Shown piece after piece: positions 1 through 10,019 of a DNA stretch of 64,000 nucleotides. The notes beneath the pieces are model-generated. The model made no database searches. It was not told the DNA's origin and was given only the letters and a program-made list of their open reading frames with translations. A program made the position numbers and the translations under genes. This stretch comes from an uncultured Clostridia bacterium (lineage in GTDB: Bacteria; Bacillota; Clostridia; TANB77; CAG-508): the NCBI GenBank assembly GCA_944389745.1, contig CALXNM010000002.1:27389-91388 (forward strand), read 5' to 3'. How positions within the stretch are numbered: position 1 is the stretch's first letter; the number at the start of each line of letters is the position of its first letter.

Positions 1-3000
1 ACATAGATATGGACTCAAAGATAGAAGTTAATGGAGAAGAGCTAACATATAAAGAATTCTTAGAGAGATTAGGTATTATTCAAGCAGAGGAAAATAATAA
101 AACAGAGGAAACAGAAAATACAATAGAGAATGAAATAGGAGAAAACAATGTTGAAGAAGAAACAACAACACATGAGGAAAATAACGAAAGTAACACAAAC
201 AAAGTAGAAACAAATAAACCAACAGAGCAAGAATGGCAAGAAGGACAATGGGAAAAACCAACAGTAAGTTGCACAGACTTTGAAAGTGGTGTGTATACAA
301 TAAATACAAACCTATCAGTAACAGATAGGGCTGGTGTAATATCAAGAGGAGTAATATTTGAAATATATTTAGATGGAAGATTAAATAGAAGAGTTTTAGC
401 AACACAAACAGGGAATATAGAAATAACAAACCTACAACCAGATACAGAGTTTGAGATAAGAGGAGCATTTTACTACTATGATGAAGATGGAGAAGAACAA
501 GTTGAAGAATTTTATAACGGAACAGTAAAAACAAAACCAATAAGCGCATTAGGAACAATAGACTTTAGTTTCCAAAATGGAGAAATATACTCTAATAAAA
601 TAGAACTAATTCACCTAAAACTAAACAACGACCTAAATGAAGAAGTAATAAAAGGGATATCGAGAATACAAGTAGAGATAGGAGATGTAGCATTTAGATT
701 AACAAATGACCAAATAGACCAATTAAAAGCAGGAGAAGAAATAACATATCAAACAAGTGAAAGTTTAACATCAAATAGTAAAATAAAATATAAAATAACA
801 GCATTTGATAGATTTGGAAATGAGCTAAAAGCAATAAATAATGAAGGAGAAACAATAACATCAAAACAGTCACCAAGAGTAAGCATCACAGCAACAAAAC
901 AAGATGTAACAGAAGTAATACTAGATGTAACATTAAACAATAAAGATAATGTAAGCTTAGAAAACTATAGATATGAAATAACAAACCAAAGTGGAGATAT
1001 AGTAAAGCAAGGAATACTAGGAAACAATGGAACAGCAAGTGATGGAAGTAAAGAAACATTAACATTTAATGACTTAGACCCAAATGGATATTATCAAATA
1101 ATAATATATGGAGATTATGACTTAGACAATGGAGAGGGCAAACAACAAAACGAAGAATTAGGAAGAGCAAGCTTTGTAACAAGACCTTTAGCATCACTAG
1201 GATATATGCAAGTACATATAGATGATAAAGAAGTAACACAAAACAGCATGAACCTTGGCATAAGTATAGATGAAAATCAAACAGATGCAAGGTTACTTGC
1301 AATACTAGATAAAGTTGAAGTTGTGATATATGACAGAGGTAAGAATGTAGAGAGCAATGATGGAAATAATGATGGTAATAGTGGAAGTGAAAGCAATGAA
1401 AATGCAGGAGATAGTGACCAAGGGCAACAAGGCGATGATAATAACACGCCAACCACAGAAACAGAAGTAAAAAGAATAACATTTACCGAAGAACAAGTAC
1501 AAAGCCTAAAAATAGCTGAAGAAATACAATTAAACCTAGAACAATTAAACTCAAACACAAAATATAGAATAGATGTAATAACAAGTGTAAAACAAGGTAC
1601 TGTTGAAACAGTAGTAGAAGATAAACAAAATCTAGAACAAATAATCACACTAAAAATGCCAGCAGAAGTACAAGTAAGAAACCAATTTGTAATAGGAACA
1701 ATGATAGACCTAGACATAAGAGTAGAAGACTCAGATGGTGCGGTACTTGTAGACCAAGTAAGAATAGAGGTAAGAGATAAAGATAACAAACTAATTGACC
1801 TAAGCGAAATGCCAACAAATGCAGACTATGAAAGAAAAACATACGAAAACTTAACACCAAACGAAACTTACAGAATAATCGTGTATGCACCACAATATAA
1901 CATAGGAAGTACAGATGCAACATACGAGGCAGATTATATACTAAAAGAAATAGAAATAGTAACAGAAACAGGCATAAGTGGTAACCTAGATTTAATAGGC
2001 TTAGAAAAAACACCAACAGGCAAAAACTTAATAGATGTAGCCTCAAAAGTAAATTGGTATGAAAAATGCTTTGGAACAGATGCTAAGTATGGATTAAATT
2101 ATGATGAAAATACAAAAATACTTACATTAGGAGAAACAAATGGTTATAACAAATATAATTACTATGACTTAAGTAAATATCTAGGACAAGAAATAACAAT
2201 AAGTTTTAAAGCAAGAACGACAGATAGTGCTTATATGTATATTTCGGAAAAGGGAAATAATGATTTTAATAATGGAGACTATGTTGATTATTATACAATA
2301 AATGATTTAACTAGTGATTGGCGAGAGTATGTATATACTGTAACAATAAGTAAAACAGGATATATAGGTTTTAGAATAAATAGTGATAATACCTTAGTTG
2401 AAATACAGGATTTACAAGCAGAACTTGGAAACAGAAAAACCGACTACGAACAATTTCAATACAATTACAATGCAAATGTAGACATAACAGTAATAGATGC
2501 AAGAGATGAGATAGAAACAAATGATTATTATATAAGAATATACAAAAACGACGAACAAATTCAAGAAATTCGTTATGAAGAATTGGGCGAAGACAACGAA
2601 GTAGAAAATGTACAAAAAACATATGGTATAGAACCAGATGCAAATTACAGAATAGAATTGCTAGTAAAAATAACAGATAGATACTATGAACTAGACTCAC
2701 AGGAGTTCTCAACAGCAGGCTCAAGAGAGCTAAAGGGAATATTTAATTTAAATGATTATCTAAAAATTCAACCATACGGAGAATATATAGTGTTAGATGA
2801 TATAGATGTAACAGGAAGTGAATATGAATTTGGAAGTTATAATTTATCTTTTGCAGGAAGGGTAAATTTCAATGGAAACACATTGACAAAAGAAATTAAA
2901 AATAGCGAAGATAATCAAGTTCAAATTTTTACAGTGTTAGATAAAACTGGAATAATTGAAAATGTGGTTTTTGATATAAAAATGAATAATGACATCGAAG

Positions 3001-4268
3001 TAGTATTACAAGGATTATTAACAGACAGAAATTATGGAACGATAAAAAATATACGTTGCAATTTAGTAGAATCTACAGAAAAATTAAATTTCGATATTTA
3101 TTTTATAACGAGTTTTAATTATGGAACAATAGAAAATTTTATTGTGAACTTGCAAAAGCCATTATTTGTTCAAAAAGGGGCAGCTACGGTTGCATATTAT
3201 AATTATGGAACGATAAAAAATGGCTATGTATATGGGGAGACGATAATGCAGCCAAATGGAGAAACTACGACGAATAGCGCTGGTTTAGTCAGAATAAATC
3301 AAAGAAATGGAATTGTGAAAAATGTATACTCTTTAATAAATGTTAATGGGTCAAATATTATATTTGATAATACTGATAATGCTACAGTACAAAATATATA
3401 TTCAGTTGGTGTAAGTAAAAATGCAGATTTAACACATGGACCTAATATATGTAATAAAAATTCAAAAAAAATATATAATAATTATTATTTTGCAGATGAA
3501 ATCTCTACAAGTGAATTAGAAATAAAAGGAAACATGTTATCTTTATGGGATTCTACATTCCAGAATCAGTTAATAAATAATGATGGGGCTTTTAATGTAA
3601 ATGAGTTAGTAAATGAAGGATATTATCCTCAATTAAATATGTCTGATGTAATGCCAGTACAGGATTATATTAAACTACCAGAAGTTGAAAATGCGGACTT
3701 ACCAGATATACTTTCTACTAAAGTATTAGAACAAGGAACTGATACTGTAAAAGTACAGTTCAGCATAAATAATCCATCAGCTGCACAAATAAGTGAAATA
3801 AAAATACAAAATTTAGATGTAGAAATATTATCACAGGAATACAATAACGGAAAAAGCGCAGTAATAGCAGAATTAAAAAACCCAATAATATGTGTGTCAA
3901 GTTATAATGTAATAAGCATAACCACTAAAGGAGCATTTGGTAGTTCATATACAAGACCATATGATGCTGGAGAAAGAGTAATAAATGTGGATTTATATAA
4001 AGGAATATGGAACATAAATGACTGGAAAGCTATAAATGACTCACCAATAGAAAATTACATGCTAATGGTAGATTTAGACTTTATAAATGAAGGTAATACA
4101 ATAAGCATTTCAAATGTCAATGGAATAATAAATGGAAATGGGCACAGTTTATCAAACGTAAATTTGACAGGAAGTGAAGTTCTTGTAAATCACTTATATG
4201 GAACGTTAGAAAATATATTTATCAATAATTTTAGCCAGATTGATAGTGAATGGCGGAGGTATTGTTAA
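1..4268 (+). CDS. Giant GLUG-repeat cell-surface protein, paralog 1, segment 1. It is 5'-partial because the gene begins upstream of the window. The reading frame breaks near 4240-4250.
   Basis: The ORF 9..4268 continues in frame back to nt 1 (..IDMDSKIEV matches ..INDIDMKSKIEV at about aa 265 of intact paralog 2). It is about 95% identical in protein to paralog 2 over roughly 1,400 aa. It then stops at NNFSQIDSEWRRYC*, while the homologous sequence continues in another frame. Confidence 0.85.
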   Translation, partial: IDMDSKIEVNGEELTYKEFLERLGIIQAEENNKTEETENTIENEIGENNVEEETTTHEENNESNTNKVETNKPTEQEWQEGQWEKPTVSCTDFESGVYTINTNLSVTDRAGVISRGVIFEIYLDGRLNRRVLATQTGNIEITNLQPDTEFEIRGAFYYYDEDGEEQVEEFYNGTVKTKPISALGTIDFSFQNGEIYSNKIELIHLKLNNDLNEEVIKGISRIQVEIGDVAFRLTNDQIDQLKAGEEITYQTSESLTSNSKIKYKITAFDRFGNELKAINNEGETITSKQSPRVSITATKQDVTEVILDVTLNNKDNVSLENYRYEITNQSGDIVKQGILGNNGTASDGSKETLTFNDLDPNGYYQIIIYGDYDLDNGEGKQQNEELGRASFVTRPLASLGYMQVHIDDKEVTQNSMNLGISIDENQTDARLLAILDKVEVVIYDRGKNVESNDGNNDGNSGSESNENAGDSDQGQQGDDNNTPTTETEVKRITFTEEQVQSLKIAEEIQLNLEQLNSNTKYRIDVITSVKQGTVETVVEDKQNLEQIITLKMPAEVQVRNQFVIGTMIDLDIRVEDSDGAVLVDQVRIEVRDKDNKLIDLSEMPTNADYERKTYENLTPNETYRIIVYAPQYNIGSTDATYEADYILKEIEIVTETGISGNLDLIGLEKTPTGKNLIDVASKVNWYEKCFGTDAKYGLNYDENTKILTLGETNGYNKYNYYDLSKYLGQEITISFKARTTDSAYMYISEKGNNDFNNGDYVDYYTINDLTSDWREYVYTVTISKTGYIGFRINSDNTLVEIQDLQAELGNRKTDYEQFQYNYNANVDITVIDARDEIETNDYYIRIYKNDEQIQEIRYEELGEDNEVENVQKTYGIEPDANYRIELLVKITDRYYELDSQEFSTAGSRELKGIFNLNDYLKIQPYGEYIVLDDIDVTGSEYEFGSYNLSFAGRVNFNGNTLTKEIKNSEDNQVQIFTVLDKTGIIENVVFDIKMNNDIEVVLQGLLTDRNYGTIKNIRCNLVESTEKLNFDIYFITSFNYGTIENFIVNLQKPLFVQKGAATVAYYNYGTIKNGYVYGETIMQPNGETTTNSAGLVRINQRNGIVKNVYSLINVNGSNIIFDNTDNATVQNIYSVGVSKNADLTHGPNICNKNSKKIYNNYYFADEISTSELEIKGNMLSLWDSTFQNQLINNDGAFNVNELVNEGYYPQLNMSDVMPVQDYIKLPEVENADLPDILSTKVLEQGTDTVKVQFSINNPSAAQISEIKIQNLDVEILSQEYNNGKSAVIAELKNPIICVSSYNVISITTKGAFGSSYTRPYDAGERVINVDLYKGIWNINDWKAINDSPIENYMLMVDLDFINEGNTISISNVNGIINGNGHSLSNVNLTGSEVLVNHLYGTLENIFINNFSQIDSEWRRYC

Positions 4269-7200
4269 TTCAGCGTATGAAGGGTCATTTATAGATAATG
4301 TACATTTGGTAAATGGAAGTATAACAAAGAATGGCAGTTCTGGATATGCTGGTGGAATTGTTAGGTATGCAACGACTTCAACTATAAGTAATTGTTCAGT
4401 AAAAAATTTGGATATTAATGTAGAAGTAAATCCGGATGATATATACATAGGTGGAATTGTTGGCCGAATAAGTAACTCGTCAATAGAAAACTGTTATGTA
4501 CAAGGATTAAGTATAATTGATAAAAAAGGAGTAAATTCTGGAATAGGAGGAATAGCTGGTTCCGGTTTAAATAATAATAGTATAATAAATTGTTATTCTG
4601 AAGGAAAAATAAATTCTCAAAATACTAATGTAGGAGGAATTATTGGAAACGCGGCCATTATATCATTAGAAAATTGTTATTCAAAAGTAAATATTTCAAC
4701 TACTAATAGTAATGCGGGAGGAATAGTTGGCTATTATACAGGCACAGATGTTAGTGAAATATCAAATAATTTAAGTATAGGGAATATTTATACAACATCA
4801 GGATTAGATGCTCTAAATAGAATAGTAGGAAGCAATAGTGATACAGTAAATAGTAACTATGCATATGAAAATCAATTATTAAATGGATATAAAAGAGCGG
4901 ATCCAAAAGGAGCAACTCTATTAAATAAGAAAGAAATATTAGAATTGGATTTAGAAGATAGTTATAATTATGAGGAAAAAGAAGATGGAATATTGCCAAA
5001 ACTATATAATACAGAAGGAACTGAGTTGTTACCAAACCAAGAAGACATATTAGTTGATGACAACATAGAAGAAAATGTGGATTTAGAAGTAGAAAGTATA
5101 GAGGCAACAAAGCCAAATACAACAGAAGCAGAAATAGTAGTAAGAATAAAAAATCCCGAAGAAATAGAAATAACTGGAATTGAAATAGAAGACATGACAA
5201 TAAGCTCAGTAACAAGAAACGTAGCACAAAACGGAATAACAAGTATTACTGTAAGAAGTACTCCAAACAGATATTATGATAGTTATAAATTAATTGGAAT
5301 AAAATATAAAGATGAATATGGAGAGGAAAAAACAAAAAAAGTAGAAAATGAAATACAAGTTCAATTCTATAAGGAGATATATACATTTGAAGATTGGCAA
5401 GCAATAGAAGAAGGAACATATCAAAACTATAGATTAATGGCAGATATAGATTTTGGTGGAAGAACAAATATAAAAAATAATATAACATTAAACAGATTAG
5501 AAGCAGAAAATAGAATATATACACTAAAAAATATAAACTTATCATATAATACGTCTAATGCTGGATTAATAAATAATGTAAAAACAAATTTGAAAAACAT
5601 AGGATTTGAAAATATAATATTAACAAATACAGCTGAAACTGGAAATTACTTTGGATTAATAGCAAGCAATAATGGCAATATTGAAAATTTACAAATTACT
5701 GAAGTTTCAATTGATGGAACAGGCATGAACTATGTTGGAGTAATTGGAAGAATGAATAATGGTAATATTGAAAATGTTGTGCTTAAGGATGTGAATGTAA
5801 AAGGAAAAGATTATATAGGCGGTTTGGTAGGAGATATAAATATACAAGTTTATGCATTAGTTGAAAACATTTCAGGATATAGTTTAACTATAGAAAGTGA
5901 TGGAAATTATGTGGGTGGATTAATAGGAAGGCAAGAAGGTAATATGGTATCAGAAAATACTATAAGAACTAATAATTTGTCAATAGACCGCTCAAATATT
6001 ACAGGAAAAACGTATACTGGTGGAATTTTAGGTTATGTTCATTACGGAAACATATCATTTTTAAAAACTAATGACTCTACTGTGTCAGGCGGAGATTACG
6101 TTGGTGGAGTTTTTGGCTCAGCTGTAACTACGGACGGTAATTATCAATTGGAATATTTTCAAACGAGTTTATCAATTATAAATGGAACTGGCAATCAAAT
6201 AGGAGGAATTTCTGGTTACTTTGATCATGGTTTTACTAAGTTTTGTGTAGTAAACGATACGGAAGTAAATGCTCCATCACCTAATTCTACTTATATAGGC
6301 GGAATTTTTGGAAGGGTAGAATGGACACGAACATATCGCTATCAAGTTTATAATGTGGATATTAATAGCAATGGTAGGTATGTTGGAGGATTTGGAAATA
6401 GTCCTTATTCTTCAATTGGAGATGCTACAATAGGGTATATTGAAAAAACTAATATAAAAGGTGGGCAATATGTAGGTGGCATATATGGAATTGTGCGTTG
6501 GGCCAATGTGGGAGATGCTTATGTAAATGCAGATATTAAAGCTTCTTTAAATACAGCAGGAGGAATAGTAGGTTACTTGGAAAATTCCAGTATGACAGCA
6601 GCTCAAAATGCTATAAATCTTTATCGTTTAATGGTAGCCGACACTTCGGTAACTGCACCAACAGAAGCAGGAGGCTATTTAGGCGATATTGCTAAAGAAA
6701 TATATAGAGAAGCTTACTTGCCAAGAAATACTTACATAGATGCAGATGTAACAAGTGAAAATACATCGACGGGCTCACTACTAATAGGTGGGAGACCAGA
6801 TGAGAACTCATACATAGAAAATACATATGTTTATAAATACAGTACTTTAAATGGAAATTATGTATATGCAACAAATGATAATATAGGAGATAGCCAATAT
6901 TTAGTAAGAACAGACTTAGAGGATGTTGTCACATTAAGAGATAAAGTTAGTTTGGGTACAACCTTTAATTACACTCCAATACAAACTGGAAAATATCCAA
7001 AGATAGCAGATAGTTATTTATATTATCCAGAATTACAAACAGGTGTAGACCTACCAACAGACCCAGAAATTTCATCAATAAACTCGTTAAGCGTTGACGA
7101 TGAAACTAGTGAAGATAATACTAATGAAGCAGGAGCTAACATAAACAATATAGCAGATAAAAATGGAATATCAACACAAAGTATAGAAGCATTACCAACT

Positions 7201-8595
7201 TGGACAGTGTATCCAACAAAGGTAGATGAAGTGAACATAGACTTTAGCTCAGTTCCAGAAGGAGTAAGCTTTAGCTACTACGTAAATGGTGAAGAAAAAG
7301 AAACAGTTGAATTGACTAAGAAATCATACACATTCAAATACAATTATCAAGATACACTTGAAATTAAACTAACAAAAGGACAAGACAATGAAACAATTAC
7401 AATTACACCAGAAGATGTAAGAAGCAATGCAAGTTTAGTAGGAAATAATAATGCTTACTTATTAGGTTCAAACTTATACATAAACGGAGAACTACAACCA
7501 GATGAATATGTAAACGTATACGACGGTTATGCACTAAATAGCAGTGGACAAGTTGTGGATATTGCAACGAAACAAATGGTAATAAATGCAGAAGATAGCA
7601 CAAATGAAAATGTGGGTGAAGCGGTTCAGACAGCATTAGAACAAACAACAAAACCACTTCACACATATGATTATAAAGGAAGCAGTATAGAAGTTTATGG
7701 AACATATAGCACAGTAGATGGCAATGTAAAATTACAAATTTACAATGTAAGAAATGGACAGCTATCAGCAATATCAAACAATGTAGATATGAAAATTGGA
7801 AACAGTATAATAGATAACTACAACGATAAAGAGTATCAAACAATATTAAATACATCAGGAGAATTAGTTGATTTAAAAGAACAATTACAATATCCAAATA
7901 ACTTCTTAAGCGGCAACATTAAGCAAATAGTACAAAACACAGATGCTGAGAAACCTGAAATGATGGTGTTATACAATACAGGAAAAGTAATTGTGTTCAA
8001 CTATGTAACAGGAAAGGTAGTATACGAAAACGACGAAAAAGCAGATTCAGGCTTAGTAAGTTATCTAACAAGAAGCTTTTCAAACATATGGAATGACTAT
8101 GAAGATAAGCAGCAAGAATATGCAAAGAGCAAAGAATTAGAAGCAAAACTTGCTAAATTACCAGTAGAGGAAGCAATAAAAGAAAACACGATAGAAAATA
8201 TTACTTCAAGTGAAACTAATACTATTGAAAACAATAATGTAAATACCTTAATTAATGCAAATACAGAGATAAATTCAACAGTTAACAATAATGTAAGTAA
8301 TACAACTTCTGATGACAACTATATCACAGTCTACAATGCAGACACAGGAGAATATGAAGTATACAGCGAAGACGAAATACTAAATGGAGAAGGTGAAAAT
8401 CCAATATCAGAAACAGAAAAAATAAAAGAAAATGGATTAGAAGGAGTATATGGCTATAACACAAAAGAAGAAAGCAAACCACAAGCCAATGGAGCGATAA
8501 TAGTTGTTTCAATAATAGCTGTAGCTATAATAGCATTAGTTATTTTAAGAAAAGTAATTGTAAAAAATAACAACAAAAAAGAAAAACGTAAATAA
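4240..8595 (+). CDS. Giant GLUG-repeat cell-surface protein, paralog 1, segment 2. It contains the GLUG beta-helix blocks and the C-terminal TM anchor, and continues segment 1 after a frame break.
   Basis: 1,451-aa ORF. Repeated GGIVG/GGIIG...NCY motifs are present. The C-terminus ANGAIIVVSIIAVAIIALVILRKVIVKNNNKKEKRK is a TM helix plus basic tail. It aligns collinearly with aa about 1,715-3,195 of paralogs 2 and 5. The TTG 'start' in the ORF track is an artefact of the frameshift. Confidence 0.85.
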   Translation: MIVNGGGIVNSAYEGSFIDNVHLVNGSITKNGSSGYAGGIVRYATTSTISNCSVKNLDINVEVNPDDIYIGGIVGRISNSSIENCYVQGLSIIDKKGVNSGIGGIAGSGLNNNSIINCYSEGKINSQNTNVGGIIGNAAIISLENCYSKVNISTTNSNAGGIVGYYTGTDVSEISNNLSIGNIYTTSGLDALNRIVGSNSDTVNSNYAYENQLLNGYKRADPKGATLLNKKEILELDLEDSYNYEEKEDGILPKLYNTEGTELLPNQEDILVDDNIEENVDLEVESIEATKPNTTEAEIVVRIKNPEEIEITGIEIEDMTISSVTRNVAQNGITSITVRSTPNRYYDSYKLIGIKYKDEYGEEKTKKVENEIQVQFYKEIYTFEDWQAIEEGTYQNYRLMADIDFGGRTNIKNNITLNRLEAENRIYTLKNINLSYNTSNAGLINNVKTNLKNIGFENIILTNTAETGNYFGLIASNNGNIENLQITEVSIDGTGMNYVGVIGRMNNGNIENVVLKDVNVKGKDYIGGLVGDINIQVYALVENISGYSLTIESDGNYVGGLIGRQEGNMVSENTIRTNNLSIDRSNITGKTYTGGILGYVHYGNISFLKTNDSTVSGGDYVGGVFGSAVTTDGNYQLEYFQTSLSIINGTGNQIGGISGYFDHGFTKFCVVNDTEVNAPSPNSTYIGGIFGRVEWTRTYRYQVYNVDINSNGRYVGGFGNSPYSSIGDATIGYIEKTNIKGGQYVGGIYGIVRWANVGDAYVNADIKASLNTAGGIVGYLENSSMTAAQNAINLYRLMVADTSVTAPTEAGGYLGDIAKEIYREAYLPRNTYIDADVTSENTSTGSLLIGGRPDENSYIENTYVYKYSTLNGNYVYATNDNIGDSQYLVRTDLEDVVTLRDKVSLGTTFNYTPIQTGKYPKIADSYLYYPELQTGVDLPTDPEISSINSLSVDDETSEDNTNEAGANINNIADKNGISTQSIEALPTWTVYPTKVDEVNIDFSSVPEGVSFSYYVNGEEKETVELTKKSYTFKYNYQDTLEIKLTKGQDNETITITPEDVRSNASLVGNNNAYLLGSNLYINGELQPDEYVNVYDGYALNSSGQVVDIATKQMVINAEDSTNENVGEAVQTALEQTTKPLHTYDYKGSSIEVYGTYSTVDGNVKLQIYNVRNGQLSAISNNVDMKIGNSIIDNYNDKEYQTILNTSGELVDLKEQLQYPNNFLSGNIKQIVQNTDAEKPEMMVLYNTGKVIVFNYVTGKVVYENDEKADSGLVSYLTRSFSNIWNDYEDKQQEYAKSKELEAKLAKLPVEEAIKENTIENITSSETNTIENNNVNTLINANTEINSTVNNNVSNTTSDDNYITVYNADTGEYEVYSEDEILNGEGENPISETEKIKENGLEGVYGYNTKEESKPQANGAIIVVSIIAVAIIALVILRKVIVKNNNKKEKRK

Positions 8596-8623
8596 AATTA
8601 GAACAAACTAATTCAAATAAATG

Positions 8624-8669
8624 CATCCCAAATGTTAAAATATAAAATAACATTCTGGGATGTTTTTTT
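8624..8669 (+). terminator. Rho-independent terminator of paralog 1
   Basis: Hairpin catcccaaatgtt...aacattctgggatg followed by TTTTTTT. Confidence 0.7.
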
Positions 8670-8796
8670 AGAAAAATATAAAAAATAAAGTTACAATATA
8701 AAATAATTATGATATACTGTAGAAATAAAAAATATAATATAAACAAGTAGAGTAAATTTTAAGAAGGTTAAATAATTTATGCAAGGAGGTTTGAAT

Positions 8797-9576
8797 ATGG
8801 AGAATTATCCACCATATAGTATCACTGATAAGATGTTAAACTATGTTTCTGAAATAATGGAAAAAATAGGCGAAACAAATTATTTTATAAATTTAAATAA
8901 ATATCCAGAACTAAGAAGAAAAACAAGAATAAAATCAATCCATTCCTCTCTTGCAATTGAAAACAACCAGTTATCATTATTTCAAGTTGAAGATGTAATT
9001 AATGGAAAACTTGTTATAGGAGAACAAAAGGATATTCAAGAAGTAAAAAATGCTTTCAAAGCATATGAAGAGATAGGAAATGTAGATCCATATTCTATTG
9101 AAGATTTAAAAAGAGTTCAAGGAATTATGACTTATCTAATTGAGGAGGATAGTGGAAGATTTAGAAACCATGGAGAAGGTGTTTATGATGTGGACAAATG
9201 TATTTTTATGGCTCCATCTGAAAATATGGTACCGAAACTCATGGATAATTTATTTAATTGGATGAAAGAGGCAAAAAGCTCAGTAAATCCATTAATTTTA
9301 TCTTCAATTTTTCATTATGAATTTGTATTTATTCATCCATTCTCTGATGGAAATGGCAGAACTGCAAGACTATGGCAAACCGTTATTTTGTCTGATTGGA
9401 AAGAGATTTTTAAATATATTTCAATTGAAAGTATTATTAAAGAAAATCAGGAAGAATATTATAAAGCAATAGCCGATTGCAATCAAAAAGGAGATTCTAA
9501 TGAGTTTATAGAATTCATGTTAAAAGTTATAAATAAATCTATAGATGAAGTTATAAATTCAAAAGATGAAAAGTAA
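8797..9576 (+). CDS. fic: Fic/DOC family protein (AMPylation-type Fic domain)
   Basis: Canonical Fic motif HPFSDGNGRTARL. AAGGAGG lies 7 nt upstream of the ATG at 8797. The ORF-track start at 8779 sits directly at the RBS and is unlikely to be used. Confidence 0.8.
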   Translation: MENYPPYSITDKMLNYVSEIMEKIGETNYFINLNKYPELRRKTRIKSIHSSLAIENNQLSLFQVEDVINGKLVIGEQKDIQEVKNAFKAYEEIGNVDPYSIEDLKRVQGIMTYLIEEDSGRFRNHGEGVYDVDKCIFMAPSENMVPKLMDNLFNWMKEAKSSVNPLILSSIFHYEFVFIHPFSDGNGRTARLWQTVILSDWKEIFKYISIESIIKENQEEYYKAIADCNQKGDSNEFIEFMLKVINKSIDEVINSKDEK

Positions 9577-9787
9577 AAACGAATTATTATTTTCTGAAAG
9601 CGAAAAGAAAGTAATAGATTGTATTAGGACTAATATTCTTATAGGAACAAAAGAAATAATACAACAGACTAACATTTCTGATAGAACAGTTAGAAGAATT
9701 TTAAAAAAATTAGTTGAATGTAATATAATTGAATGTGTTGGGACAAATGAAAAAGCTCCAAACAAAAAATATAAAATGGTAGAGTAA
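9566..9787 (+). CDS. Winged-helix HTH domain ORF. It is probably the detached C-terminal domain of the Fic protein.
   Basis: The 73-aa ORF overlaps the Fic stop by 11 nt in another frame. ...DRTVRRILKKLVECNIIECVGTNEKAPNKKYKMV resembles the C-terminal wHTH of Fic-wHTH proteins. The junction is an A-rich tract (aaaagatgaaaagtaaaaac). Confidence 0.55.
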   Translation: MKSKNELLFSESEKKVIDCIRTNILIGTKEIIQQTNISDRTVRRILKKLVECNIIECVGTNEKAPNKKYKMVE

Positions 9788-9881
9788 TGGCAGAGCTATA
9801 AAGATTTTTAAAGAAGGAAAAAATTGCTAATAAAAAAGTGTATAAAAAAATAAAAAATAATGATGCAATATAAAAAAGTTA

Positions 9882-9890
9882 TGATATAAT
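9882..9890 (+). promoter_or_regulatory. Extended -10 promoter (TGaTATAAT) for paralog 2
   Basis: TGnTATAAT is conserved at the equivalent position upstream of paralogs 3, 4 and 5. It implies a 5' UTR of about 420 nt. Confidence 0.55.
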
Positions 9891-9995
9891 GATTAATGAT
9901 AAATATATAAAACAAAAGCAAATGCTTGAAAATCAAGGAAAAAGAGGAAAGGAAAACTAGAAAGAAATGACAAGACTTGAAAGCCGCATGGCTCT

Positions 9996-10019
9996 AGAGA
10001 GAGAGAGAGAGAGAGAGAG
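9996..10019 (+). repeat. (AG)12 dinucleotide microsatellite in the leader
   Basis: Perfect AG x12. The orthologous tracts are (AG)14 at 22047-22074, (AG)11 at 32541-32562 and (AG)12 at 43984-44007. Confidence 0.95.

Noticed and set aside
76-558. Numerous - strand ORFs of 60-170 aa inside the giant genes (for example 76-558, 1277-1789, 11188-11673, 12443-12946, 23617-24096, 46464-46949 and 47555-47881)
   Set aside because: Their translations are L/F/S/C-rich low-complexity strings, as expected for the antisense of a purine-rich, AT-rich coding strand. They overlap strongly supported + strand ORFs that have paralog conservation. They have no RBS and no recognisable motifs.
9996-10019. (AG)n tracts as a CRISPR array or IS end
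   Set aside because: Each is a single simple-sequence repeat with no spacers. No cas genes and no transposase or terminal inverted repeats are present.
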